The notes: a model not told the origin generated them from the sequence alone. 63,906 nucleotides of DNA, filler included, from an uncultured bacterium (GCA_964637655.1; 3 parts of 3 records of this genome joined end to end with filler, not necessarily neighbours in it); one strand, 5' to 3'; positions 30,721-41,050 are shown, numbered from the whole stretch's first letter. Program-made: numbers and translations.

Positions 30721-31728
30721 TTAGCGAATCATCACGCGCACGTAATTCGCGCCGGCATTGGCCGCGGCTACACTCGCGTTGATAAAACGCACCCAGCGTA
30801 CTGCCGCCAGGCCCGCCGGCACGCCGCTCGTCCAGCCCGCCGCGCCATAACTGAAGTCACCCTGTTCCGCGCCCGCCCATTGCGCCAGCCATCCGGCCGC
30901 CGTGTCATAGCCGAGGAATTTGAGGTTGACCGTATCGATGCAATCGTAGATGACAATGTTCACGCCCGCACCTGACCCGATGTTCACATACGCGAGCTGA
31001 TAGGTGATCGTCGCGCCCGGTTTCAGCCCTGACGGCAGTCCGTCCTTCGTGCAGGTGCCCGTCTTGTTCAGGGTGAAGATCGCGCCGGCGATGGTGACAA
31101 CGTCGACCGACCCGGTATTGGAGCCGCTGCTGGCCAATGCTTCCGCATACGAACAGCTGTTGTCATCGGCGCTGTAGGCGGGCGTTACCGCGAAGTTGCG
31201 CCCGATGGTAAAGAACACGCTCACCGAGTCGCCGTCATCCGTGGTGCCGCCGGCGGCAGCGGGAATGGTCACCTGCACATGGAACTGCGCCGTGCCGTCT
31301 TCGCTGATCGGGCCGACGATGACGCTGTCAGCCGGATCCCAGACCGACGTCATGCTGCTGTGGGTGTCGGGGCCGCTCCACACCGTCACGATAAACCCGG
31401 AGTCAGTGCCGTGATAGACGATAACCGGCATGACCCAGACACTGTCCGTGGCATTGCCGGTATTGTAGACGTCATAGGTAAAGGTCGCGGTTTCACCGAA
31501 ATTGCCGCTGAACGCTTCCACCGGCTTGCCCAGCGTATCGCCGTAAATCGTCTCGACGGCGGAGCCGGTCGCATGGGCGATCACCGCGGTAATCGACACC
31601 GCCGCAATCGTACAACTGTTGGTAATCATCGTGCCCGACGGAACATCGGACAGTTCGGCACGCGCCGCGGACGGCAGTAACAATGCCGCCACCATAACCA
31701 GCATCAGCCATGTAGTGTTTCGTGTCAT
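30721..31728 (-). CDS. Secreted DUF11-type protein (candidate fibre subunit)
   Basis: SD AAGGAG, signal peptide ending ARA, N-terminal PSGTMITNSCTI, C-terminal TLNKT..PGATITY...N.G...NIVIYD...VRVMIR. Confidence 0.85.
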   Translation of the reverse strand: MTRNTTWLMLVMVAALLLPSAARAELSDVPSGTMITNSCTIAAVSITAVIAHATGSAVETIYGDTLGKPVEAFSGNFGETATFTYDVYNTGNATDSVWVMPVIVYHGTDSGFIVTVWSGPDTHSSMTSVWDPADSVIVGPISEDGTAQFHVQVTIPAAAGGTTDDGDSVSVFFTIGRNFAVTPAYSADDNSCSYAEALASSGSNTGSVDVVTIAGAIFTLNKTGTCTKDGLPSGLKPGATITYQLAYVNIGSGAGVNIVIYDCIDTVNLKFLGYDTAAGWLAQWAGAEQGDFSYGAAGWTSGVPAGLAAVRWVRFINASVAAANAGANYVRVMIR

Positions 31729-31892
31729 GGTGCTTTTCTCCTTGCTGCAAAATCGGCACTACCAAGTTATGCCGTACTGCTGCATCCTGCTGCCCTGCTG
31801 CCTGACCGGCACGTGCCAGCCAGACGCTGCTGTTGCTGCGCCAGTTCCTCCCTCTGCACGACGGCACACACGTCGATTATTTTCACGTTACC

Positions 31893-31956
31893 ATTGTACC
31901 CGCAGCGGGAGGATGCAACCATTGGTAAGATGCACTTTTATCTGCCGATAATCCGC
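31893..31956 (-). promoter_or_regulatory. Conserved regulon promoter, copy 1 (DUF11 subunit gene)
   Basis: GCGGATTATCGGCAGATAAAAGTGCATCTTACCAATGG-N20-TACAAT. Confidence 0.7.
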
Positions 31957-32033
31957 ATCGGGCGGCACTGCCCGGCGAGCGGGGGGGAGAGAGAGCGGGG
32001 GCGGCTGCCGCACGGCATGCCCGATGACCCCGG

Positions 32034-33287
32034 TTACTCTGCGCCGAACACTTTCATTTCCGCGAGTGTGACAAAGCGCCACTCGGGATGCTTCACATAC
32101 ATGCGGTCGCCCTGCATCACCATGACCTTGACATACCGGCAGAGCGATCCCGCCACTGGCGTACTGACGGTCAGGATCGGGTCACCCCGCTGTGAATAAC
32201 TGGCAACTCCGCCTGCCGCATTGAGCTGCCAGGCAAGCAGTTCCCACTGTTCGCCGTCGCTGCTGCCCAGCAGGCGGAATGATTCCGGATAGGCGAGTTT
32301 CCGCCACACCGTAACCACCCGCCACACCGGCACGGCACGGCCCAGGTCGACGGTCGCCCATTGCGCGGCGGCATTGACTTCGCCGGAATTGATCATCCCG
32401 GTAAAAAAGCCGTCGTCACCGTCAGTGATGTTCGCCAGCGGATCGCTGTCGCGCTGCACCTCCGGTTCGTTATGATATTCGGTGAAAGTGCCGGTCACCG
32501 GCCGGTGCAGGGCGAGATTATTTTCCGGCATGGTCACCCGCTGCTCGCCCGAATTGACGGTATACCCGCTGCTGTCACTGCTCTGGATGAGGTAGCGGTA
32601 TTCCGTTGCGGGACACAATCCGGCACACTGCACGGCATGGGTGCGCTGTACTGCGGTTCCGTCATATTCCGTCAGCCAGACCGTATCACCCGCCCGTTTC
32701 AGCCCGAGGTGATAATCTGCCGGCAGATTGGTGGTCCAGGCCACGGTCAGGGTGTGCGGGTCCACCCGCGTCGCCTTGAGCTGTTCATAGCGCAATGACG
32801 GCAGGCCCGCGGTAACAAAGGTGCCCGTCACCGCATCGTGCGCGACAATGGCATACTGGTACACCGTGCCGCGCAGCAGATTGCGCAACTGCTGGTGATG
32901 CTGCGTGACGGGAGTGAAATTCATGAGCGGGGTCATCGGCCGGTCGAGCGGACCATACAGGATCTCGTCGGTGACCGGGACATCTGTTGTCCAGGTCAGC
33001 AGTGCCGCCTGCTCGCCCAGCACGGTAACGGTTGCGTTCGTGACGTGCCCGCGGCGCGCCCCGGACGACGCGGTTACCGGGGTCAGCAGCCAGTCCAGCG
33101 CACGCGTGTCAGCCGCCTGGGCGGCTGCTGGTGAGGGCAACAGCAGCACCACCAGCGCCAGTCCCAGCATGCCCAGCATCAGCCCCACGCGCAGCAGCGC
33201 ACTGCGGTTGGGCCCTGATGCCCGGCAGTAACTGCGCGCCCACGCGGCCGGGACATGGTGCCGCCGGCTATCTGATAAGCGTCTCAA
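32034..33287 (-). CDS. Exported protein with two FN3-like domains and a discoidin (F5/8 type C) domain
   Basis: Two WTT..P...H..L..L...T.Y.Y units; NLALHRPV...ITDGD...WATVDLG...RYVKV...AEMKVFG; start uncertain. Confidence 0.85.
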   Translation of the reverse strand: MRRLSDSRRHHVPAAWARSYCRASGPNRSALLRVGLMLGMLGLALVVLLLPSPAAAQAADTRALDWLLTPVTASSGARRGHVTNATVTVLGEQAALLTWTTDVPVTDEILYGPLDRPMTPLMNFTPVTQHHQQLRNLLRGTVYQYAIVAHDAVTGTFVTAGLPSLRYEQLKATRVDPHTLTVAWTTNLPADYHLGLKRAGDTVWLTEYDGTAVQRTHAVQCAGLCPATEYRYLIQSSDSSGYTVNSGEQRVTMPENNLALHRPVTGTFTEYHNEPEVQRDSDPLANITDGDDGFFTGMINSGEVNAAAQWATVDLGRAVPVWRVVTVWRKLAYPESFRLLGSSDGEQWELLAWQLNAAGGVASYSQRGDPILTVSTPVAGSLCRYVKVMVMQGDRMYVKHPEWRFVTLAEMKVFGAE

Positions 33288-36200
33288 GTTTCACCTCGAC
33301 GCTGCTGCCGGTGGACTGCCCGCCCGTGATGGTCCAGCGGACATTCGTCACCGGCGCCGCCTGCGAGCTGTCCCACGACACGCCCGAATCATGCGAATAA
33401 TCGATGACGGCCTGATAGCCGCGTGCCGCGACCGTGTCCGCGGTACCGGGCAGGTATTTCAGGTCGCTGGTGATGGCGTCGCTGATGACCACATTCTGCG
33501 CCGGCCCGAACCCGTTATTGTGCGCGCCAATCCGCCAGGCCACGCGCGCGCCCGGCCGCGGCAGGATCGGCATGCCGCCCAGCGACACGGTATCCTGGTA
33601 TTTGTAGGGCAGCAGCATGGGTGCCGTGGCGGTAGCGGAAGCCAGCGATTCGTTGCCGTAAGTATCGACACAGGTCACATGGAACACATACGTCTCGCCC
33701 AGGGTGACAGCCACCGCGCGATAGCCCGTCGTATCGGTCAACGGCATCAGTGTCAGGCGCTGCGCGAAGCCATTACCGTCGGTGTCGACATACACATGGT
33801 AGCCGAGCGTATCGCCCGGCACGCTGTTCCACACCAGCCATACGCCCGTGTCGGGCACTGCCGTGTCGGCAGTTGCGGTCAAGCCCGTCGGGGCCTCTGG
33901 CGCGAGGTTATCGATCCCGAAACAGGCGGTGGTGTCGCCGGTACCGGTATCGAGCGCGTCACAAACACTCGCCCGCAGCAGGATTCTGCTGCTCATCCCG
34001 CTGTAATCAGTCCCGGTCTGCCAAATCACTGCATGGGTCTCTCCCGTCGCTGACGAGCTGATCCCGGCCAGATTCCCGACGATGGTCGGACTCAGCCAGG
34101 TAACACCGGAATCAGTCGAGTAAGTGAACCAGACCGTGCAGGCGTCGGCAGTGCTGTCGGCAACAACGAAGGTGCAGGTGACGTTGCCGGTGTAGGTCTC
34201 GCCGGCGACCGGTGCCCGGATGTCGAGCAGCGGGCCCACGTTGCTGAGGTAGTTGACGGCAATGCCCGCCTCCCCGTAGCGGGCATAACGGTCGTAGACA
34301 TACGCGATGACCGCATCGTTTCCCGTAAGGGCAACCGTACCGCTCCACGTCCCGTTCGCCGCCGCCAGCACGATGCAGGTCTCCGCGCTATCCGTGCTGT
34401 TGACGTAAAGGAATACCGTGTCACCCGCCGTAGTCACCGCGGTCGTGCCCGTGACCGTAACAACCATGATGTTGGTGTCGTGATTGGTGGCGGGGAAAGT
34501 GATGCCGATGGTCGGCCATGGTGTCAATTCGATGTATTCGCCATAGGTGATGGTGTCGCCATTGCCGGAATTGTCCGTTGCCGTAAACTGCACGGTCAGG
34601 GTCTCGCCGCCATGGTCAAACCAGACCGCGGAGGTGTCGCAGGTGTAGGTGGTGCCGCCCGCAGGGGTCATGGCCAGCCAGGCGCCGAAAATCCCGGTAC
34701 TCTCCCAGGCGTAGCGGATCTTCGGGTATCCGGCCGCCAGACCGCTCAGGGTGTCAGACACGCTGACCGTAACCGTCAGCGGTATTGGTCCGCTGGTATC
34801 GCAGATATCGGTGCGCGAGATGCCATAGAGCAGCGGCGGGGTGATGTCGAACATGGCGGCCGCAGTTTCGGAAGGCAGCGATTCGTTGCCAACCGCATCG
34901 ATGCAGGTCACATAGAATACATAGGTGCAGCTGAGCGTCAGGAAAGATTCTTCCACAAAGTATTCCGTGGTGTCGGTTACCGGCGAAGACGTCAGCCGCT
35001 GCGCGAAACCGTTCCCGTCGGTATCGACATACACATGGTAGCCGAGCGTATCGCCGCCAACGCTGTTCCAGGCCAGCCAGATGCCGATATCGGGATCGGC
35101 AACCATATCTGCGGTCGCGCTGAGTCCGGTGGGCGACGCCGGGGGCTGCTGGTCGATGCCGATGGCCCCGGTGGTGTCCGCCGCCCCGGTATCCCGCCCA
35201 TCATAGGCGAACATCCGCACCAGGATCTGACAACTGGTCGTGTCGGGCAGGTCGGTGCCCGATGCCCAGACAATGGCATAGGTCTCGCCGTCAGCGTCTG
35301 CCGCCACCCCGTTGACACTGCCGGAACTGATGGTGGCGTCCTGCCACGTCACTCCGTTGTCCGCCGAATACTGGACCGTCACGGTGCAGGCATTATTGTC
35401 AATGTCATAGATGCAGTAGGTGATGGTGACGTTGCCCGTGTAGGTTTCGCCGTCGACCGGCACCATGATGACGATGGGCGGCGCCAGATTGGGAATGTAG
35501 ATTACCGTGATACTGTCGTACCGGGTGCGCCCGTAGCGGTCAAGCAGTTGCGCGGTTACGATGACCGTGCTGTCATACCCGCTGAGGGCGGCGGTTCCGC
35601 TCCAGTCGCCGTTCGCCGCCGCAATGACGATGACGGTTTCGGCGCTGGCGTTGCTGTTGATGAAGAGGTACACTGTATCCCCGGCGGCAGTGGCGAAGGT
35701 CGTGCCGGTAACGCGGATGACCCCGACGATGGTATCGTGAGTATCGGCCGGGAAGAGTATATTCACCTGGAGCGGGGGCGAGGTATCGATATATTCAGCG
35801 TAGGTTATGGTATCGAAATTATTCGCCTGATCCAGCAGCAGCACCTGCCAATTGAGGGTTTCGCCGGAATGTTCATCCCACACTTCGGGGATGGCATACG
35901 CATACGAGTCGCCGGCGACCAGTTCCATGTTCTGCCAATTGCCGTACATGCCCGTACTGCTCCAGGCATAGCGAATTTTCGGATAGAAGGCCACCAGTCC
36001 GGACACCGTATCAGTAACCTGAATGGCAACCGTCAGCGGGGTCTCGCCGCTGGTGTCCGAAATATTGCTGTGGACTTCGTCATGTATGGCTGGCGGCGTA
36101 TAATCAAATATCACCGTTGCGGTTTCCGTGACCCCGCGCGGATACGTGACGGAAACAGTGGAGGTGCCATTGCCGCTGTTGCCTTGGGCATAGCCGATGG

Positions 36201-39200
36201 CGATGCCGTTTTCATCCGTCACCCCGATTGGCTGGCTGCAGCCGTGCTGACTGTTGGCGTTGGTGATTGCCACCCGGTGGCCCGGCTGGGTATCGCCGGA
36301 GTTCAACAACAGGGTTACGGTGATGGCCACGCTGTCGGCATTACTGAAGATGGTTGCCGCCCTGACGGTTGAGGCGTAGAGGGCGCTCTGGTTGGGCAAA
36401 CCGGGACTGCCCTTGCCCGTTTCCCCGTTCATCGGGAAAATCGAGTCGCCGTTGGCCCAGCAGACCGCCGCCCGCGCACTGCGATCAATCCATATTCGTT
36501 CCATCGCCACCTGGTAGCCGCCGATATTACCACCCGCGTACCAGATGCCGGTGTAGGGGGCGTCAACAATCTCATTGACCGTGCGTGAGTCATAGTAGGC
36601 AATAAACGAGTCGCCGGGCGGGGCGTCGAAAAGATCCATGGCACCATTGAGGTAGTCGGCCGGCGCCGGGGTGGCCAGTTCCGCATCCTCGATGAGGAGG
36701 TAGCGATGCGGCCCGATGACTTTCCCGGCCAGGGCGGCGTTGCTGGCGATGGTATTCACGCCGTCCTTGTCGCCGAAATGAAAGGAGGAATCGGTGAATG
36801 ACAACGTGTCCATGGTGGGGTTGTAGATTTCCACATATTCGTTGACAAAGCCGCTCCACCCCACTTCGCTGATGACGGGAAAGCCAAGCCGCGTGGTGTC
36901 GTAGTATTTATACGGACCGGTGGGAGTTGACTGGTCGTTGACGGTTACCGTGTGCGTGCAGGTATTGTAACTGCCCACCTTGAAGACAACCGCCGCCTTG
37001 CCGTTGCTGTCAGTGTAGCCGGTGATACTGGTGAGGGTGCTGCCCGCCAGGTAGCGATAGCCGGCTGCTTCCAGCAGGTAAGAATCCGAGCCGTCGCCGG
37101 TGATGGCGAAATTCACCTTGGTGCCGTACACTGAATCGCTGCCCGACTTGGATATTGCCGTCAGCAGATAGGTTGCCCCGACGAAATTGCGCGGGTTGAT
37201 GGCGGGGATAAATGTGACGCTATTGACGTTGACGGTGGTAAGCTGCGGCGAGGCGGTTTTCAGGTTTACTGTGCTGACTCCGTCGTTATCGCTCTTGACG
37301 ACGAACGTATCGGTGCCTGTCGTCGCGCGCGCCACCGCCAGCGCCCCCCAGTTGACGCCGCCACCGGTATGGCCGTAGATGACATTGATCTCGCCCGTGG
37401 TGGCCAGCAGTGCGGTGACGGGCACCTGAATGGTCTGACCGGCAATGCTGACAGCCCCGAGCGTGCCATCGATGGCTGAAACGCCGATATAGCCGGGATT
37501 GGTGGCGACGGTGTTCTGCGGTGCGGTCCACCCCGTCGGGATGACAAAGTCAACCCGACCGTTGGCAAAAGAGTCGGTACCCGCCCGATAGGTGATGGTC
37601 CACTCGCCACGGCCGCTTTTGGCTACCCGGTTGGTCGGGCTGATTGAGCCGTAGCCGTCGAAGCTTGGTTCCGGCGCCGACCGCGAGTTCTGCGGGTCGC
37701 GTCCGGCGGTCTTGACGAAGTCGTTATAGTTGTTGTTGGAATCGAAGCCGTTGCCCGCAAACCGGTCGGCGCCGGTCAACATCGACTCGGCCGTTGCAAA
37801 GGCATTGGCCTTGCGCACCATCGAGGCCGCTTCACGGTCGACCGGGATATCCGCAAACGCATCTACCTCCGGGTAGGCGGCGCTCCCCCAGCCGAACAGG
37901 TCAGCGATCCCCGCAGTGGCGCCGGTATCGATGGCCACGTGGCCGCCGGTGGCAAGCATATTGTCGCCGTCCCAGGTGGCGTCGGCCGGGACCAACCCGG
38001 TATAATCATTTACATCGGCAATCAGATAATACCCCCGCCCCTGGATGACGGCGGTCACGCCTAAGGTGGTCAGCAGAATCCCCGCACTGCTCCGCAGATT
38101 GGTTGTGGCATTGCCATAGCGCAGTCGCCAGCCGCTGATACTGACGCTGCAGCTCAGGGTGTTGTACAGTTCGATGAACTCGTCTTTGCTTTGGCCGGTG
38201 TAGGAATGGCCCACCTCGCTGATCTTGATCGCCGTCATCGGGATCAGAACGCTGAACGCCGGTGCGTTCGCCACTGCGGCCGGAATATACTTGTCCTGAG
38301 CGGTCTTGATGGTAACCGACTGGATGCAGTTGGCGACGTGCTTCCCGGTCCCGCCGTCGAAATTCAGCCAGTTGATCGTGACCAGACCGGTTTCGCTGCT
38401 GGTGATCATGCTCCCGTAAATCGTTACGATGTAGGAATCGGCGGCACTGCCCGAACCGGTAAGCGTAACCATCTGGCTGCCAGTGAAACCGGGCCCGGAG
38501 CAGGTCACATTTGCCACGGCGGCGGCCCAGCTCATAAGCGCTGGAATGGTGATGGAGATGGTGTCCATTACCGGCCAGATGGATGAGCCCTGCATAACTA
38601 TGCCGACCGTTTGCTGACTGTCGCCCGCATGGGCGAAGGCGCCGGCAGGTTGGATAATCACAGCCGTACCGAACCCGCTTTGCGGGGTAATTGAAATTAC
38701 GGCGGTCCCGGTCATCGCCGACGCCAGCGGAATGACATTGGCATTCGCCGCCTTCGGCGTGCCCAGCCGGTCGAGTCCGATATCGCTCCAATGCGCGGCC
38801 AAACTGTCGCCGCGATTGGGGAGTGATACCCGCTCGAACAGGTGGTTGTCAGTCCAGGCCGCGGTGGCGGGGACTTTATTGAATCTATCCGCCACTTTGC
38901 TGCCGTCGTAAAGGCCCACCGCATCCAGGCCACCGTCAAGTTTCATATTGTTTTCGTCAAAATCACAGGCGAAACCGTAGGTCGCGTCAAAGTCGCCGGG
39001 CTTCCGCGCTATGATGAGGTAAGCCCCCGGCACGAGACTGCCGGCAAGATTTTGCGTTGCGGTCGGGGCGCCGGCGCCATTATCGTAGTAGTACAACTTA
39101 TACCCGGTGAGGTTTTGCGTTACAGCACTCTGGTTGTAGAGTTCGACATACGAGGCATTGGCAGCAGTGCAGGAATTTACTTCCGCGATAATGACCGGAG

Positions 39201-40986
39201 TGTCGGGGTGATACGTCACACGGATGACATTGCTGTCGCCGACGGTGTTGATGGTAAAGGTCTGATTGAGCACCCCGGCCGTGAATCTGTTTGATTGCGC
39301 GGGCGCGATGGTGCCGCTATCGACAGACAGGTCCACGGTCGCGGTGAAATCGGTATAGACCGCGCCGAGCAGGTCGCGCGCGGTGATGGTCAGGGTAAAC
39401 GCGCCGTTGACCGGCGTATCGCTTGGCACGGACACCGAGAACGAGGCGACGCGGCTCTGGTAGGTGAACTGGTTGCTGCTCACCGCCGCGTCCATATCGT
39501 TGATATCCGGATCGAGCGTAAAACAGGGGTCGGGGAGGGTCAGAATCAGCGTTTCGTTGTGGGCGGCGCCGGCGGTAGGGGTGACCACTATGAAGAAGCG
39601 CTGGCCGCCGGGCGGAATGGCGATTTCCAGGTTGCCGCCGTTATCCTCCCACCGTGAACTCCCGCCGTTCCACGTCAGGGGATATGACCCGGCAGCATCG
39701 CTGGTATGCGGGTCGAAATTGCCGTTATCGTCCATATCCTGCCAGAGCGCGAGCGTGTAATCGGTTGCGGGGGTCAGGGTCCCGGCATGGGTTAGCCGTA
39801 CATCATTGAGCGTATACGTGCAGCCGCCGTTATCAGGAATGGTAAAAGCCATGATCAGGTTGTTGCTGGAGTTGTAGCGGATGTAGCCCGCCGCCTGCTT
39901 GACTATATTCAGTTCCGCAGTCGATATTCTGGTGTTGATTGTTTTCAGATTGGCGTTGGTTTGCGTTGCCGAGAGGTAGGGAGTCCATGTGTCATCAGCG
40001 GTGGTGCCCGGGTCATAATCGATTTTGAAGCCGCTGTCGCTGCGCAGTTCGATTTTGAAGGTCTGGCCGTCGGTCAATACCGCGGTATCCGCCAGTCCGG
40101 CGGTGATGACGAAGTTCCACGGGGCGAATGCCGTCTGGTCCCAGGTCGCGCCCGTCATCCGGTAGCATTGCCGCGCGGCATCCCACGGTATCGTGCCGAC
40201 CGATACGTCGCCGGCGCTCCATGTGCTGTCGCAGTCCACATCACGCCACAGGGCGAGATAGGGCACGTCGCTATGGTCGGCGGTACCGGCGGCCTTATTG
40301 ATAACCACGCCGATGAGGCGCGGGCCGGTATCGAGCCGTCCGGCATACAGGGTGTTGCTGTCGCTGGTCCCGTGCCGCAGCGGGCCGCTATCGACATTGG
40401 TCATATACAGTTTGGCGCGCGGATACTGGCACGCATGGGTGCCCGGGGTGGCCGGCGCGGCGCTGCTGTAATCGAGCGTGGTCAGGGTCCAATTGCCGGC
40501 GATATAGACGGTGGTGTCGTCTCCGACCCACGCCTTTCTGACGATAGCGCTGTCGGAGAATTTCACCCCCAGGCACTGGTCCACGGTGACGGCGGCGCTG
40601 TTCACCAGTCGCGCCCCGTCGTTGGTGCCGCCATCCCACTTGGTCCAGGCGGAAGCAGTGGGAAAAGCATGGGTGGTGAAGGTGCAGGTGGTGCTGCCGG
40701 CGGTCAGCGCCTCGCCCGGCTGGATGGTGCCTGACAAATTGAAGGTGATATATGAAGTATTGCCATCGCCAATCGCGTACAACTTCCACCCGGTCAGATC
40801 CACCGGGCAGGATCCGGTATTGTATATTTCGATATAGCGGTCGCTGGTGATGTTGAATTTGGGATCGCACATTTCCGCAATAATGACGTCAGCAGCGGCG
40901 GGCGCGGAGAACCACAGGCACACCATCACCACCAGCAATACCACGAGACCGGGCCATGCTCTCTTCACCTTTCGCTGGTTGTTCAC
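33268..40986 (-). CDS. Giant secreted adhesin-like protein (~2570 aa): four LTDs, Ig-like/FN3 repeats, C-terminal DUF11-type domain
   Basis: GTG start with SD GAAGGGGAAGG; signal peptide; IIAE/ISE..Y(I/V)E(I/L)YN LTDs; C-terminal PYKY...RPGARVAWRI...NNG...NVVISDAI...KLETLIR. Confidence 0.88.
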   Translation of the reverse strand: MNNQRKVKRAWPGLVVLLVVMVCLWFSAPAAADVIIAEMCDPKFNITSDRYIEIYNTGSCPVDLTGWKLYAIGDGNTSYITFNLSGTIQPGEALTAGSTTCTFTTHAFPTASAWTKWDGGTNDGARLVNSAAVTVDQCLGVKFSDSAIVRKAWVGDDTTVYIAGNWTLTTLDYSSAAPATPGTHACQYPRAKLYMTNVDSGPLRHGTSDSNTLYAGRLDTGPRLIGVVINKAAGTADHSDVPYLALWRDVDCDSTWSAGDVSVGTIPWDAARQCYRMTGATWDQTAFAPWNFVITAGLADTAVLTDGQTFKIELRSDSGFKIDYDPGTTADDTWTPYLSATQTNANLKTINTRISTAELNIVKQAAGYIRYNSSNNLIMAFTIPDNGGCTYTLNDVRLTHAGTLTPATDYTLALWQDMDDNGNFDPHTSDAAGSYPLTWNGGSSRWEDNGGNLEIAIPPGGQRFFIVVTPTAGAAHNETLILTLPDPCFTLDPDINDMDAAVSSNQFTYQSRVASFSVSVPSDTPVNGAFTLTITARDLLGAVYTDFTATVDLSVDSGTIAPAQSNRFTAGVLNQTFTINTVGDSNVIRVTYHPDTPVIIAEVNSCTAANASYVELYNQSAVTQNLTGYKLYYYDNGAGAPTATQNLAGSLVPGAYLIIARKPGDFDATYGFACDFDENNMKLDGGLDAVGLYDGSKVADRFNKVPATAAWTDNHLFERVSLPNRGDSLAAHWSDIGLDRLGTPKAANANVIPLASAMTGTAVISITPQSGFGTAVIIQPAGAFAHAGDSQQTVGIVMQGSSIWPVMDTISITIPALMSWAAAVANVTCSGPGFTGSQMVTLTGSGSAADSYIVTIYGSMITSSETGLVTINWLNFDGGTGKHVANCIQSVTIKTAQDKYIPAAVANAPAFSVLIPMTAIKISEVGHSYTGQSKDEFIELYNTLSCSVSISGWRLRYGNATTNLRSSAGILLTTLGVTAVIQGRGYYLIADVNDYTGLVPADATWDGDNMLATGGHVAIDTGATAGIADLFGWGSAAYPEVDAFADIPVDREAASMVRKANAFATAESMLTGADRFAGNGFDSNNNYNDFVKTAGRDPQNSRSAPEPSFDGYGSISPTNRVAKSGRGEWTITYRAGTDSFANGRVDFVIPTGWTAPQNTVATNPGYIGVSAIDGTLGAVSIAGQTIQVPVTALLATTGEINVIYGHTGGGVNWGALAVARATTGTDTFVVKSDNDGVSTVNLKTASPQLTTVNVNSVTFIPAINPRNFVGATYLLTAISKSGSDSVYGTKVNFAITGDGSDSYLLEAAGYRYLAGSTLTSITGYTDSNGKAAVVFKVGSYNTCTHTVTVNDQSTPTGPYKYYDTTRLGFPVISEVGWSGFVNEYVEIYNPTMDTLSFTDSSFHFGDKDGVNTIASNAALAGKVIGPHRYLLIEDAELATPAPADYLNGAMDLFDAPPGDSFIAYYDSRTVNEIVDAPYTGIWYAGGNIGGYQVAMERIWIDRSARAAVCWANGDSIFPMNGETGKGSPGLPNQSALYASTVRAATIFSNADSVAITVTLLLNSGDTQPGHRVAITNANSQHGCSQPIGVTDENGIAIGYAQGNSGNGTSTVSVTYPRGVTETATVIFDYTPPAIHDEVHSNISDTSGETPLTVAIQVTDTVSGLVAFYPKIRYAWSSTGMYGNWQNMELVAGDSYAYAIPEVWDEHSGETLNWQVLLLDQANNFDTITYAEYIDTSPPLQVNILFPADTHDTIVGVIRVTGTTFATAAGDTVYLFINSNASAETVIVIAAANGDWSGTAALSGYDSTVIVTAQLLDRYGRTRYDSITVIYIPNLAPPIVIMVPVDGETYTGNVTITYCIYDIDNNACTVTVQYSADNGVTWQDATISSGSVNGVAADADGETYAIVWASGTDLPDTTSCQILVRMFAYDGRDTGAADTTGAIGIDQQPPASPTGLSATADMVADPDIGIWLAWNSVGGDTLGYHVYVDTDGNGFAQRLTSSPVTDTTEYFVEESFLTLSCTYVFYVTCIDAVGNESLPSETAAAMFDITPPLLYGISRTDICDTSGPIPLTVTVSVSDTLSGLAAGYPKIRYAWESTGIFGAWLAMTPAGGTTYTCDTSAVWFDHGGETLTVQFTATDNSGNGDTITYGEYIELTPWPTIGITFPATNHDTNIMVVTVTGTTAVTTAGDTVFLYVNSTDSAETCIVLAAANGTWSGTVALTGNDAVIAYVYDRYARYGEAGIAVNYLSNVGPLLDIRAPVAGETYTGNVTCTFVVADSTADACTVWFTYSTDSGVTWLSPTIVGNLAGISSSATGETHAVIWQTGTDYSGMSSRILLRASVCDALDTGTGDTTACFGIDNLAPEAPTGLTATADTAVPDTGVWLVWNSVPGDTLGYHVYVDTDGNGFAQRLTLMPLTDTTGYRAVAVTLGETYVFHVTCVDTYGNESLASATATAPMLLPYKYQDTVSLGGMPILPRPGARVAWRIGAHNNGFGPAQNVVISDAITSDLKYLPGTADTVAARGYQAVIDYSHDSGVSWDSSQAAPVTNVRWTITGGQSTGSSVEVKLETLIR

Positions 40987-41050
40987 GCCTTCCCCTTCAC
41001 CGGCAGTGTCGCGCACGCGTCAGCCGCACACCATGATCAACATACTCATA

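Noticed and set aside
34480-36372. Long antisense or alternative-frame ORFs (also 2218-3585, 51439-53277, 60466-62100, 63101-63844)
   Set aside because: Shadow ORFs typical of high-GC DNA, lying opposite well-supported genes.
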